In this document: positions 37,427-47,353 of the stretch, in pieces
Position numbering within the stretch: the stretch's first letter is position 1
How the letters are laid out: each line of letters starts with the position of its first letter
NCBI GenBank assembly: GCA_934085565.1
Contig: CAKOHG010000003.1
Coordinates: 6,309 to 70,308, forward strand
DNA length: 64,000 nt
Direction of reading: 5' to 3'
Source of the DNA: an uncultured Bacilli bacterium
GTDB taxonomy: Bacteria; Bacillota_I; Bacilli_A; RF39; UBA660
The notes under the pieces: model-generated
The model's input: only the letters and a program-made list of their open reading frames with translations
Database searches by the model: none
What the model was told of the DNA's origin: nothing
Made by a program: the position numbers and the translations under genes

Positions 37427-38539
37427 TTAATATTCATAAATTTCATAAGGACTATCTGAAGTTCCGTTCCCAGATTTATAAAGCATATGTGTTGGAATTG
37501 CTACGACAGGACGAAGGTATTTTTTATTATTTGCAGCGTCTAGAGAAATAACTCCAGTGGCATTAGAACTATAGACTTCATAAGTATTTTCATTTGTGCC
37601 GTTTAATAACCACCATTTATTCGTTGTTTTAGATAAATAGTTATAATTAGAACAGTTACGGTCAGAAATTTTATTACATAAACTATCAATAGAAGCATTC
37701 ATATAATCATAAGTAGAAAGAAGAGAAATAAGACTAGTAAATGTTTTGGTACATTCGATAGCTCCTGTTTTATCTTTATCATTTTCACTTCTTGAATGAA
37801 CACAAGAATCCATTGTTTGTAAATATTTTTCATAATTTTTAAAGTTATTACGATAATAAGATTCTAAAGAATTATAAATACGACTACTTTCAAAAGTATT
37901 ATATCCTTTTTGGCTATTAACTGTTTCATTATAACGGTCATCAAAAACATAATTGACTTTGTTATCTAAGGTATCGGCACTGATTAAATAAATTTTATCA
38001 TCATCCCACTTAAGAATCCGCCATGTGGTATTCATAAATTTGAAGTAATTGTTAACAAATTCTCCACGATAAACATAGTTTTCATTAAGAGAATAAAGTC
38101 CATCGTCTTTTGTGGCAATCTCTTCACTCTCTAAAATTTTATCGGTTAAAGTTTTCGTTTCATAATTATCACAAGAAAGAATAGGGATGTAATAATATTT
38201 GCTATTATTTTTATAAACGTCAACACTACCGGTACAAGAAGAGTCTTTGCTTACTTTACTCATTTCTTTAATGTATTTTCCCCCAACTAAAGTATCATAC
38301 ATAACTGTTATCGTACTCATATCATCAGTTGGCAGAAGATCTTTATTTGTTTTTAAATATTCTGTGGTGGCACTAACCATCATTTTTTCTGTGGAAGCAT
38401 AATCATATCTTGTAAAGATTTTAACAAGTAAAATGATTAACACAAGAATAAGTATAAAAACAACTACGCCAATAGTAATTGTTAAAATCAATTTTTTCTT
38501 TTCATTCCATATATCTTTTAATTTATCCATACGATTCAC
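37427..38539 (-). CDS. N-terminally anchored, Cys-containing extracytoplasmic protein, unknown function
   Basis: TM LILTITIGVVVFILILVLIILLV. C-terminal ...WWLLNG...LRPVVAIP...GNGTSDSPYEI, typical of Firmicute surface-protein modules. Own minus-strand terminator at about 37406..37428 (aagcc-ctta-ggctt plus a T-run). Confidence 0.55.
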   Translation of the reverse strand: MNRMDKLKDIWNEKKKLILTITIGVVVFILILVLIILLVKIFTRYDYASTEKMMVSATTEYLKTNKDLLPTDDMSTITVMYDTLVGGKYIKEMSKVSKDSSCTGSVDVYKNNSKYYYIPILSCDNYETKTLTDKILESEEIATKDDGLYSLNENYVYRGEFVNNYFKFMNTTWRILKWDDDKIYLISADTLDNKVNYVFDDRYNETVNSQKGYNTFESSRIYNSLESYYRNNFKNYEKYLQTMDSCVHSRSENDKDKTGAIECTKTFTSLISLLSTYDYMNASIDSLCNKISDRNCSNYNYLSKTTNKWWLLNGTNENTYEVYSSNATGVISLDAANNKKYLRPVVAIPTHMLYKSGNGTSDSPYEIYEY

Positions 38540-38599
38540 CTTAATTAAAATTATATTAAAGAATTAAAAAAAAAGCAACGAGATGTTACTTTTTCTTTA

Positions 38600-39202
38600 T
38601 TAACGGTTGTAGTATTCAACAATTAATGATTCATTGATTTCAGGATTTAATTCGCTTCTATCTGGGCGTCTTAAATAAGTTCCTGAAAGTTTATTTTTGT
38701 CAAATTCAACAAAAGCTTTTGTATTTACGACAGCTTCTAAACTAGCTAAAATAGCTGGGTGATTTGTTGATTCAGCTTTAACAGCAATAACATCACCAGG
38801 TTTACAAGTATATGATGGAATATCAACTTTAACACCATTTACAGTAATATGTCCATGGTTAACAAGTTGGCGAGCACCACGACGAGTAGTAGCCATTCCC
38901 ATACGATATACTAAATTGTCTAAACGACTTTCTAGTAAGAATAATAAATTTTCACCAGCAATACCTTTCATTTTAGAAGCACGGTCAAAAATCTTGTGGA
39001 ATTGTTTTTCATTTACACCATACATAATACGTACTTTTTGTTTTTCTTGTAATTGAACACCATATTCACTTAATTTTTTACGTCTGTCAGAACCATGAAC
39101 ACCTGGAGCATAAGGACGACGTGCTAATTCACGACCATTTTCTAATGTAGAAAAATTTAAACGACGTGATTTTTTGTATTGTGGACCTGTATATCTTGCC
39201 AT
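38600..39202 (-). CDS. rpsD: 30S ribosomal protein S4
   Basis: [15 protein letters not shown]..., S4 domain [44 protein letters not shown]. Confidence 0.98.
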   Translation of the reverse strand: MARYTGPQYKKSRRLNFSTLENGRELARRPYAPGVHGSDRRKKLSEYGVQLQEKQKVRIMYGVNEKQFHKIFDRASKMKGIAGENLLFLLESRLDNLVYRMGMATTRRGARQLVNHGHITVNGVKVDIPSYTCKPGDVIAVKAESTNHPAILASLEAVVNTKAFVEFDKNKLSGTYLRRPDRSELNPEINESLIVEYYNR

Positions 39203-39353
39203 AATAATCTCCTTTCTATAGATTTCTTAAAAGTATCAAGACCTTTTTTATAGGGAGTAGTTACAAACACGTTCTAATGGCAGATTATACTAGTGAATAT
39301 TATTTAACTACACATTATAAAAAATAAATCTTCCTGCCTTCTAAGCGCTTTTT

Positions 39354-39383
39354 ATTATACTAAATGTAATAGGAAAGTGTCAA
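39354..39383 (-). promoter_or_regulatory. Candidate SigA promoter of rpsD (implies a leader of about 145 nt)
   Basis: On the minus strand: TTGACA (39383-39378), 18-nt spacer, TATAAT (39359-39354). Confidence 0.5.
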
Positions 39384-39614
39384 GATTTTTCCTTAAATAC
39401 GATAAAAGATATATCAGCGATAATGACTGTGTATCATTAATTAAATAAAATAAATCTGCAATCTTGTTTAAACACTGACATTGAATCTATTTACTATATT
39501 GAAATCTTTGAATAAAAAATTACATAAATTTAAGTAACACAAATATTTACGTAAAAGGGTAGATAACATATATTTTTTAATGTAATTATTTGCTATAATC
39601 AAATTGTGATGTAA

Positions 39615-40535
39615 ATGAAAAAGAAATATAAAATATTAGTAATTATTTTAATAATAATTGGTATAACAGCCAATAATTTTATATGGTATAAATTATATTC
39701 AAGAGAAAAAGAAAGACTAAAACAGGCTATAATTCCTTCATTAATGGATGATTATTATACTAATCAATTAATACTTTCGAAAAATAAAGACGACTCCGAT
39801 AATTCTGATGATTATAGCGTTTCTGATTATGAAGCTGTTTTAGATGAATATTATGATAATTTGCAATATAGTTTTGTGATTAATAATTTCCCATTAGTAA
39901 AGCAAAATCCAGATTATCCTAATGGATGTGAAATAGCAAGTGCAACAATGTTATTAAACTATTTTAATATTGATATTGATATAAAAGAATATGTCGATTT
40001 TTATTTACCCAAAGAAGAAGTTTATGAAAAAGATGGTCTTCGTTATGGACCTGATCCTAGTAGATATTATGCAGGGAATCCGAGTGATTCTTCCAGAGGA
40101 TGGGGAACATTTTTACCAGTAATAAAAAATTCTTTATATACCATCTTTAAAAGTAAACTTCCAGAAGATACAGTTGGTCACGTTTATACTTCCGATGATA
40201 AATTACCTTTAGAAGAATATGTTCAAAATGGTAGTCCTGTTTTAGTATGGACAACAATTGATTATAGTGAAGCTAAAGATATTTATGAATGGTTTAGTTA
40301 TGATAAATCAAGAACATATACTTATCCCAAAAATGCTCATGTTGTTGTAATAATTGGTATGGATAAAAACTATTATTATATTAATGATCCTTTAAAAGAT
40401 GAAAAGGCAATTAAAGTATCAAGAAAAGACTTTGATAAAAGTTATGACTCAATGGGAAGACAAGCTTTGTATATTGAAATAAGTAATATATATGAACCTA
40501 AAAATACTTCGGATGAATATAGTGTTTTTAAATAA
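39615..40535 (+). CDS. Membrane-anchored C39-like (papain-fold) cysteine peptidase domain protein
   Basis: TM ILVIILIIIGITANNFIWY. QNPDYPNGCEIASATMLLNY (catalytic Cys context of Peptidase_C39-like/BtrH-type domains) and a later NAHVVVIIG His context. Confidence 0.6.
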   Translation: MKKKYKILVIILIIIGITANNFIWYKLYSREKERLKQAIIPSLMDDYYTNQLILSKNKDDSDNSDDYSVSDYEAVLDEYYDNLQYSFVINNFPLVKQNPDYPNGCEIASATMLLNYFNIDIDIKEYVDFYLPKEEVYEKDGLRYGPDPSRYYAGNPSDSSRGWGTFLPVIKNSLYTIFKSKLPEDTVGHVYTSDDKLPLEEYVQNGSPVLVWTTIDYSEAKDIYEWFSYDKSRTYTYPKNAHVVVIIGMDKNYYYINDPLKDEKAIKVSRKDFDKSYDSMGRQALYIEISNIYEPKNTSDEYSVFK

Positions 40536-40664
40536 AATTTATATGTTTATTTATTATATTTTATCTGAGAATTTGAGAGTTTTCTTCTTGTAAAAAATGA
40601 ATATATTCATTGTAATTAGAGAGTAACTTTGATATACTTTAGACAGGAAATGGATGTGGAAGAA

Positions 40665-41126
40665 ATGGCTAAATTTTGTAGCAATTGTGGGGTAGAGGTA
40701 AAAGAAGATACTAATTTTTGCCCAAACTGTGGTGCCCCTTTATATCAAAGTCCAAAAAGTACAACTCATAATTTTAATCGACCTATGATTCAAAAAAGAG
40801 ATATCGCTTTGTGTGTTATTTTATCTTTTCTCACTTGTGGACTTTATGGTCTATATTGGTTTGTAACAATGACAGATGAAACGAATAGTTTATCAGATGA
40901 ACAAACAACAAGTGGTGCTGCCGCTTTGATTTTTACCCTTTTAACATGTGGCTTATATGGCATTTACTGGAATTATAAAATGGGACAAAAGTTATATGTT
41001 GCTGGAAAAATGTATGGCTTAGATATTGCGGATAATTCTGTTTTGTATCTTATTTTAAGTATTTTTGGTCTTGGTATTGTGAGTGAATGCCTTATCCAAA
41101 ATGATTTAAATAGATTTTCTAATTAA
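40665..41126 (+). CDS. Zinc-ribbon + DUF4234-type membrane protein
   Basis: FCSNCG...FCPNCG zinc ribbon; repeated CGLYGLYW / CGLYGIYW TM motif of DUF4234. Start is uncertain (TTG 40629, ATG 40650, ATG 40665). Confidence 0.6.
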   Translation: MAKFCSNCGVEVKEDTNFCPNCGAPLYQSPKSTTHNFNRPMIQKRDIALCVILSFLTCGLYGLYWFVTMTDETNSLSDEQTTSGAAALIFTLLTCGLYGIYWNYKMGQKLYVAGKMYGLDIADNSVLYLILSIFGLGIVSECLIQNDLNRFSN

Positions 41127-41479
41127 TGAAAAAAATAGTTTTGGGGCTTGTTTTATTCCTATATTTAGGAATTGTTCAATTTTTTCATATTTCTTTAAAG
41201 TGCCCGTTTTATTTACTAACGGGTCTTTATTGTCCTGGATGTGGTATAACTAGAATGTTTCTTTCTTTATTCCAATTTCGTTTTTATCAGGCTTTCCGAT
41301 ATAATCCCTTTGTCTTTGTATGCTTAGTAGGTTATTTTGTTTATAAAATCATTCCTTATGAAATACCAGTCAAATATAAATCTTTTGTAACAAATAGTCT
41401 TTTAATCTTAACTATTTTATTTGGTATTTTAAGGAATATCCCTTTGTTTTCTTTTTTGAAACCAACACTTATTTCTTAA
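41126..41479 (+). CDS. DUF2752-family membrane protein
   Basis: CPFYLLTGLYCPGCGITR hallmark. TAATG overlap with the upstream gene. Confidence 0.7.
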   Translation: MKKIVLGLVLFLYLGIVQFFHISLKCPFYLLTGLYCPGCGITRMFLSLFQFRFYQAFRYNPFVFVCLVGYFVYKIIPYEIPVKYKSFVTNSLLILTILFGILRNIPLFSFLKPTLIS

Positions 41480-41526
41480 GCGTTTGTTTCTTTTTCATGG
41501 CAAAAAATATATAATGAATGTAGTAA

Positions 41527-42609
41527 GTGGTGAAAATAGTGATTCCAAAAGAAATAAAAGAAGTATTAGATAAAATATTAGAAAATGGTTTTGAGGCTTA
41601 TCTCGTCGGGGGAGCTGTTCGTGATTATATGCTTCATCGCCGTTCTAACGATTTTGACATTGCTACCAATGCCTTACCAGCGGACATTGTTAAGATTTTT
41701 GGACCATCTTATAAAACTATTCAATATGGTTGTTATAATATGCGAATAGGAAGCTATAATGTCGACATAACAACTTACCGAAAAGAAGAAGCCTATGAAG
41801 GCAGAAATCCTTCTAAAATAACTTACACCAATAATTTACTTTTAGACGCGGAAAGAAGAGATTTTACTATTAATGCTTTTTATATGAATCGTAACGAAGA
41901 AATTATAGATTTATATGATGGTCAAAAAGACATTAAAAGAAAAATGATACGAGCAATAGGAAATCCTACTACCAGAGTAAGAGAAGACCCTTTAAGAATT
42001 TTAAGAGCGGTTCGCTTTGCTAGTATTTATAAATTTAGTTTAGAAAAAAACTTAGCCAATGCCATTAAAAGAGATAAAAAAATGTTAAATGAATTATCTT
42101 TAACAAGAATAAAAAAAGAATTAGACGGTATTTTACTTGCTAATGGCTTTACTTTATTAAGGCAATTAAATTTACTTAAAGAGTTACAAATTACAACGAA
42201 AAGTATTGTTTACGTCAATGATTTAAGTGGTTTATGGGCTCAGATTAAAACGGAGGTAGAATACCCCCAAACTAAAAGTTTAAAAATGAGACAAAAAAAT
42301 ATTGAGGAACTCTTAAAGTGTGATACAATTAATATGCAAAATTTGTACCGGTTTGGTTATTATGATTGTCTCGTGGCAGCCCAGATAATGAAATATCCTT
42401 TGAAAAAATTAGAAGCTTTGGAAAGAAAAATGCCAATTCATAGTCGTAAGGATATTGCCCTGCAAGGCAAAGAGATAAGTGAAATAACGCATATACAAGG
42501 TAGAGAATTAGGAGTTTTAATAGAACAAATTGAAAATTTAATTTTATCAGGAAAATTAAAAAATGAAAGAGAAGAAATATTAACTTATTTAAAAAATAAT
42601 GGGTATTAG
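41527..42609 (+). CDS. cca: CCA-adding tRNA nucleotidyltransferase (short form)
   Basis: AYLVGGAVRDYML...DFDIAT, RRDFTINAF, DPLRILRAVRFAS. Start is ambiguous among GTGs at 41527, 41530 and 41539. Confidence 0.85.
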   Translation: MVKIVIPKEIKEVLDKILENGFEAYLVGGAVRDYMLHRRSNDFDIATNALPADIVKIFGPSYKTIQYGCYNMRIGSYNVDITTYRKEEAYEGRNPSKITYTNNLLLDAERRDFTINAFYMNRNEEIIDLYDGQKDIKRKMIRAIGNPTTRVREDPLRILRAVRFASIYKFSLEKNLANAIKRDKKMLNELSLTRIKKELDGILLANGFTLLRQLNLLKELQITTKSIVYVNDLSGLWAQIKTEVEYPQTKSLKMRQKNIEELLKCDTINMQNLYRFGYYDCLVAAQIMKYPLKKLEALERKMPIHSRKDIALQGKEISEITHIQGRELGVLIEQIENLILSGKLKNEREEILTYLKNNGY

Positions 42610-42626
42610 AAAAAGAGGTGAGGAAA

Positions 42627-43265
42627 ATGCCTAACATTGAGTTTTTAACAGAAAAAAGATTTACTTTATCTTCACATTTAATCGAAGTGGCGCTTAAAAA
42701 TAACTTATCTTTAATCGAATTTCTTCTTTTAATGTATTTTGAAGATACGGATGATAAAACTTTAAATGTTTCTAAGATTTCCAAAGTATTATCTTTAAAA
42801 GAAGAACAAGTTTTACAGGCATTCAATCATCTTATTACTCTTAATTTTATCGAAGTGGATACTGGTAAAGACGAAAAAAATAAACGTTGTGAAACCATTA
42901 GTTTAACCCCACTTTATGAATCTTTATGGAAAAAAGTAGAAAAGAAAAAAGAAGCCGAAACGAAAGAAACTATTTTTGATACTTTTCAAAAAGAATTAGG
43001 ACGTAATATTTCACCTATGGAATATGAAATTATTAATGCTTGGTTAGAAAAGGATTTTTCAGAAGAACTCATTTTAGGTGCTTTAAAAGAAGCCGTTTAT
43101 AATGGCGTAAGTAGTTTAAGATATATTGATAAAATATTATATGAATGGCAAAAGAAAGGATATCATACGCTCAAAGAGGTCAATGAAGGACTTACGAAGA
43201 AAAACGAGAAAAAAGCACCCGTTGAACTTTTTGACTATAATTGGTTAGAAGATGAAGAATACTGA
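42627..43265 (+). CDS. dnaD: DnaD-domain replication initiation/primosome protein
   Basis: C-terminal DnaD-domain pattern FQKELGRNISPMEYEIINAWLE...ELILGALKEAV.N...LRYIDKILYEWQKKG. Sits directly upstream of nth, as in B. subtilis. Start moved to the ATG at 42627 after AGAGGTGAGGA. Confidence 0.8.
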   Translation: MPNIEFLTEKRFTLSSHLIEVALKNNLSLIEFLLLMYFEDTDDKTLNVSKISKVLSLKEEQVLQAFNHLITLNFIEVDTGKDEKNKRCETISLTPLYESLWKKVEKKKEAETKETIFDTFQKELGRNISPMEYEIINAWLEKDFSEELILGALKEAVYNGVSSLRYIDKILYEWQKKGYHTLKEVNEGLTKKNEKKAPVELFDYNWLEDEEY

Positions 43266-43887
43266 GTTGTTATTAAATTATTTAGATGAGCTTTATCCTG
43301 ACGCTCGTTGTGAACTTAATTATGAAAAGCCTTATGAACTTTTAATCGCCACAGTTTTGTCAGCTCAATGTACAGATAAAAGAGTAAATGAAGCTACTAA
43401 AATATTATGGCAAAAATATGATTTAACATCTTTAAGTGAAGCACCTCAAAAAGAAGTTGAAAAAATTATTTATCCTTTAGGCTCTTATACTAAAAAAACA
43501 TTTTATATTCAAGAAATTGCTAGACGACTTCTTAAAGATTATCAAGGCGATGTTCCTAATGATAGAGCTTATTTAGAAAGTTTACCAGGTGTTGGTCGTA
43601 AAACGTGTAATGTTGTGTTATCTAATATTTTTGATGAACCAAGTATTGCAGTCGATACTCATGTAGAAAGAGTTTCTAAACGTTTAAAATACGCCTATAA
43701 AAATGATTCTGTTTTAACGGTTGAAAAAAAATTGATGAAAAAGTTTCCAAAAGAAAAATGGAGTCGTCTTCATCATCAATTAGTTTTATTCGGAAGATAT
43801 CAATGTAAGGCTCAAAGTCCTCTTTGTGAGGAATGTAAATTACAAAATATGTGTTCGTTTTATAAAAGTCATCATCAATCAAAATAA
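43252..43887 (+). CDS. nth: Endonuclease III
   Basis: HhH-GPD: LPGVGRKTCNVVL...AVDTHV. C-terminal 4Fe-4S cluster: CKAQSPLCEECKLQNMC. Confidence 0.93.
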   Translation: MKNTELLLNYLDELYPDARCELNYEKPYELLIATVLSAQCTDKRVNEATKILWQKYDLTSLSEAPQKEVEKIIYPLGSYTKKTFYIQEIARRLLKDYQGDVPNDRAYLESLPGVGRKTCNVVLSNIFDEPSIAVDTHVERVSKRLKYAYKNDSVLTVEKKLMKKFPKEKWSRLHHQLVLFGRYQCKAQSPLCEECKLQNMCSFYKSHHQSK

Positions 43888-43916
43888 ATGGTTGATGTTT
43901 TTTTATGGCAAAAAAA

Positions 43917-43937
43917 AGTAGTCTTTTAAGACTACTC
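43917..43937 (-). terminator. Rho-independent terminator of ponA (minus strand)
   Basis: agtagtc-N6-gactact stem enclosing the ponA stop codon, followed on the minus strand by T8. Confidence 0.7.
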
Positions 43938-46781
43938 GTTAGAACAACTACTACTAACATTTACAATGCCGTTTACTTTAATTGTTTCCGTTTGATAGGT
44001 TACGGTATAAGTAATACTTTTTTCTCCTTCTGAAGAAGTATCCACACTGCTTGCTACAATAGTCGCTGCACTCGTTACATCTTTGCCATCAAGAGTAACT
44101 TTAATACCTTTTTTAGGATCTACCACGCCACCTTTTTCAACACAAAGTTTAATAGGGGTAGCATTTAAAACAGAAGGAGTAGAACCAGACTCTACCGTAG
44201 CTTTTGCACTGATACCACTAGATTCGTTAGCTTTAAAAATACTGTAAGCACTACGAACGACAAATTCATAAGTTCCACTTGTTGTGGCTGTGTAAGTATA
44301 AGTATTATTTTCAGTCCAGCCTAAGCTTGTTAAATTACCATTTTTATCTTTTAAGTAAACTTGGTAACCAAATTTACCGATGTAAGAATTATTATAGCTT
44401 TCATAAATACTCATATATTGATTTTCGAAAAGACTGTAACTCCAACTATAATTAGCTTTATAAGTTTTGAAATATTTTGCAAATTCTTCACGAACAGCTG
44501 AGGTATTTAATGCTTGTGGAGTAGAGGCTTTATCCCAAGTAAGAGTAATTTTGCTACCACTTACTGAAGCCTTAACATTAGAAGCGTCACTTAATTTAGT
44601 AAATCTTGAAGAAGTATCAGATGGCTCGGTTCCTTCTTTAAATAAGGCAGTGTATTTCATACTACTAGGAGTATATTCACTTGCTCTTTTAGTTGGTAAA
44701 GTTTGTGCTTCAATTGTTACGGATTTAACACTGTCAGGTTTTTCAAATTTTGTCGTATTCGTAAGTAAATTATTAGCTAAGTAAGCACTGATTTTTTGTC
44801 TTGCGGTTGTACCCGTACTTGATGTGAAATAGTGACTACTATCCATCGTATCATAACCCATCCATAAAGAGAAAACATATTCGGTGTTATAAGCATTTAC
44901 CCAATGGTCTGGAGTGGTATAAGATGGGACACCAATGGCACTCGCTGAAGCAGAATCAACACTTGTTGTACCTGATTTAGAAGCTATGCTTGCTCGTAAA
45001 TTAGAATTAACAGCACCCGCAACTCCTTCACTTGTAGCTTGAAGAAGAACATCTGTAATCATATAAGCTGTTTCTTCGCTCATGGCTTTTTTCTTTTCAT
45101 ATTTATATTCGGTAACTTCTTCTGTTTCTAAGTTCGTTACGGTTGTAAAAGAATATGGTTCAATATAATAACCACCTCTTGCAAATGCGGCATAAGCGGC
45201 TGCGTTTTCAAGAGTCGTAAGTCCTGGGTCAAAACCACCAATAGAAGAAGATTCTAGAATGCTACCTTCTGGATTACTTGCTGTGGTAAAGTTATCTTTG
45301 GTAATACCTAAATTATTTAAAAATTTCTCAATGTTTTTAACATCATTTTGATGGAATGCTTCTAGAGCCGTGATGTTACGAGAAGAGGATAGAGCATTTT
45401 TTAAAGTCATAATACCTTTATAACTCATATCCCAGTTGTTAATATAAATTCCTTGGTTATAACCATATTTAAAGTCAATAAACATTTGACCTGTTGAAGC
45501 GTTATTATATTCAATTAAAGGTCCATAGTCGATAAGTGGTTTGGCGGTAGAACCAATTTGTCTACGATAATATTGTTTTTTATTACCAGTACCATAACTT
45601 GCCGCACGGTTTGTACCACTTGCAACATAGTTTCTTCCAGCACCTAATCCTTTAATAGAACCATCGCTTACCGAAAGAATAGATAAGCCCATTTGAACCT
45701 TATCATCTTTGAAAGCTCCTGGCACACTGCCATTTTGAATACCGTTAATTAAATCTTGAACACTTTTATTGAATGTTGTTTTAATTTGATAGCTTCCTTT
45801 ATAAACATCAATACCTAAACGGTCTTTTACTTCGCTTGTAACATAATCAATTAAAGCTTGATAAGGATTTGATGAAGCAGCATTACTTTGTTCTTTTACT
45901 AAATTTTTAACATGAATGCTTTGTGCGTCTTTCATTTCTGTTTCTGTAATATAACCATGACGATACATCAAACTTAAAACGGTATTTTTTCTATCGTTTG
46001 AATCTTCAGGATTTAGATAAGGATTGTACGCAACAGGACTGTTATACATTCCTACTATCATAGCTGCTTCTGGTAAAGATAAATCAGAAACTGATTTGCC
46101 GAAGAAATATTGACTCGCTTGTTCAACTCCTTCAATAGAAGCGTAGTTAGAGCCACCACTTGCAAACCAACCGGTATTTAAATACATTTCCAAAATTTGT
46201 TCTTTGGTAAAGTTTTTTTCAATTTTGAAAACAGCCATATAAATATCAGTAAACTTACGAATGATACCTTCAATACCACTATCTACAGTACTTTTGGTCA
46301 CATAGTTTTTGGCAAGCTGCATAGTGATAGTAGAAGCACCACCGGCACCAGATTGTCCTAAAACTTGACCCATACTTGCTTTTAAAAATCTCGCTGCGTC
46401 AAAACCACTATGTTGAAAGAATCTTGAGTCTTCCGTTGCTACTAAAGCGTCTACTAAAACTTGAGGATAATCTTCATAGTTTTTAATAACTCTGTTTTCG
46501 CTACCGATACGGGTAATTTCTTCCCCATTATCCCAAGTAATAACCGAAGCTTCTTTAAAATATAAATTTTCTTGGGTAAATTCTGGCGCTGTGAAAATAA
46601 TATAAAGCCCAAAAGAAATCATCACTGTGGCTATCAAAATACCAATACTAATTAAAGTAATTAAAATAATGTTGCCAACTTTTTTCTTATTTTTTCTTCG
46701 GGGTTTTTTATCTTTTTTTAAATTATCTTTTATCTTTTTTACACTGTTTAATTTTAATTTTTTCTTTTGTGTCGTAGCCAT
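43932..46781 (-). CDS. ponA: Class A penicillin-binding protein (GT51 transglycosylase + transpeptidase) with C-terminal Fn3/Ig-like extension
   Basis: EDSRFFQHSGFD, GGASTITMQLAKN, RKNTVL (GT51). STAKP, SSRN, KSGTT (transpeptidase). The start ATG at 46781 overlaps the recU stop (TAATG) and follows AGGAGA. Confidence 0.95.
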   Translation of the reverse strand: MATTQKKKLKLNSVKKIKDNLKKDKKPRRKNKKKVGNIILITLISIGILIATVMISFGLYIIFTAPEFTQENLYFKEASVITWDNGEEITRIGSENRVIKNYEDYPQVLVDALVATEDSRFFQHSGFDAARFLKASMGQVLGQSGAGGASTITMQLAKNYVTKSTVDSGIEGIIRKFTDIYMAVFKIEKNFTKEQILEMYLNTGWFASGGSNYASIEGVEQASQYFFGKSVSDLSLPEAAMIVGMYNSPVAYNPYLNPEDSNDRKNTVLSLMYRHGYITETEMKDAQSIHVKNLVKEQSNAASSNPYQALIDYVTSEVKDRLGIDVYKGSYQIKTTFNKSVQDLINGIQNGSVPGAFKDDKVQMGLSILSVSDGSIKGLGAGRNYVASGTNRAASYGTGNKKQYYRRQIGSTAKPLIDYGPLIEYNNASTGQMFIDFKYGYNQGIYINNWDMSYKGIMTLKNALSSSRNITALEAFHQNDVKNIEKFLNNLGITKDNFTTASNPEGSILESSSIGGFDPGLTTLENAAAYAAFARGGYYIEPYSFTTVTNLETEEVTEYKYEKKKAMSEETAYMITDVLLQATSEGVAGAVNSNLRASIASKSGTTSVDSASASAIGVPSYTTPDHWVNAYNTEYVFSLWMGYDTMDSSHYFTSSTGTTARQKISAYLANNLLTNTTKFEKPDSVKSVTIEAQTLPTKRASEYTPSSMKYTALFKEGTEPSDTSSRFTKLSDASNVKASVSGSKITLTWDKASTPQALNTSAVREEFAKYFKTYKANYSWSYSLFENQYMSIYESYNNSYIGKFGYQVYLKDKNGNLTSLGWTENNTYTYTATTSGTYEFVVRSAYSIFKANESSGISAKATVESGSTPSVLNATPIKLCVEKGGVVDPKKGIKVTLDGKDVTSAATIVASSVDTSSEGEKSITYTVTYQTETIKVNGIVNVSSSCSNE

Positions 46782-47353
46782 TACAAACACTCTCCTTTTA
46801 AATATATTTCATCGACAATTTTTAAATAATCTAAAGGTGGGTAAAAACCTTCTTTAATTATTTTACCATATTTTTCTAAATATGAATATGGAATACTTTT
46901 TCTTTCATAAGTATTTAAAAATGATACTAAATCTTCACCTTTTAAAAGAAAAATTTGACTATTCATTTTAATGATAACAAAACAAATGCCCCCGTGTTCT
47001 AACACTCTTTTTAAATAAATAAGTTGATGTTCATGAAAATTAGCTAAAGGAAATGATGTTTTATTTTGTGTTTCTTTAGCTTCAAATTCAATATATTTTC
47101 CTTTATAAATTCCATTATAATCTAAGGTAGAAGGAGCTTTAAAAAAGCCATTTTTAATTACTCTTCCTTTATTTGTATAAATGGCTTCACTAATACCTAT
47201 AGGGGTTGGTTTTTTATTAATTAGGGCTTTGTTTTGTTCATCGTAATAACGATTAGAATCATTAATTAAAGATTCTAAATTCATACCACGATTAGCATAA
47301 TTAATGGGTTCTTTTTTTAGATTATTTTTTTTGATATTCCCGGGATAATTCAT
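46781..47353 (-). CDS. recU: Holliday-junction resolvase RecU
   Basis: NRGMNLESLINDSNRYY, DYNGIYKGKYIEFEAKET, FHEHQLIYL. recU-ponA order as in B. subtilis. Start moved to the ATG at 47353. Confidence 0.9.
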   Translation of the reverse strand: MNYPGNIKKNNLKKEPINYANRGMNLESLINDSNRYYDEQNKALINKKPTPIGISEAIYTNKGRVIKNGFFKAPSTLDYNGIYKGKYIEFEAKETQNKTSFPLANFHEHQLIYLKRVLEHGGICFVIIKMNSQIFLLKGEDLVSFLNTYERKSIPYSYLEKYGKIIKEGFYPPLDYLKIVDEIYLKGECL

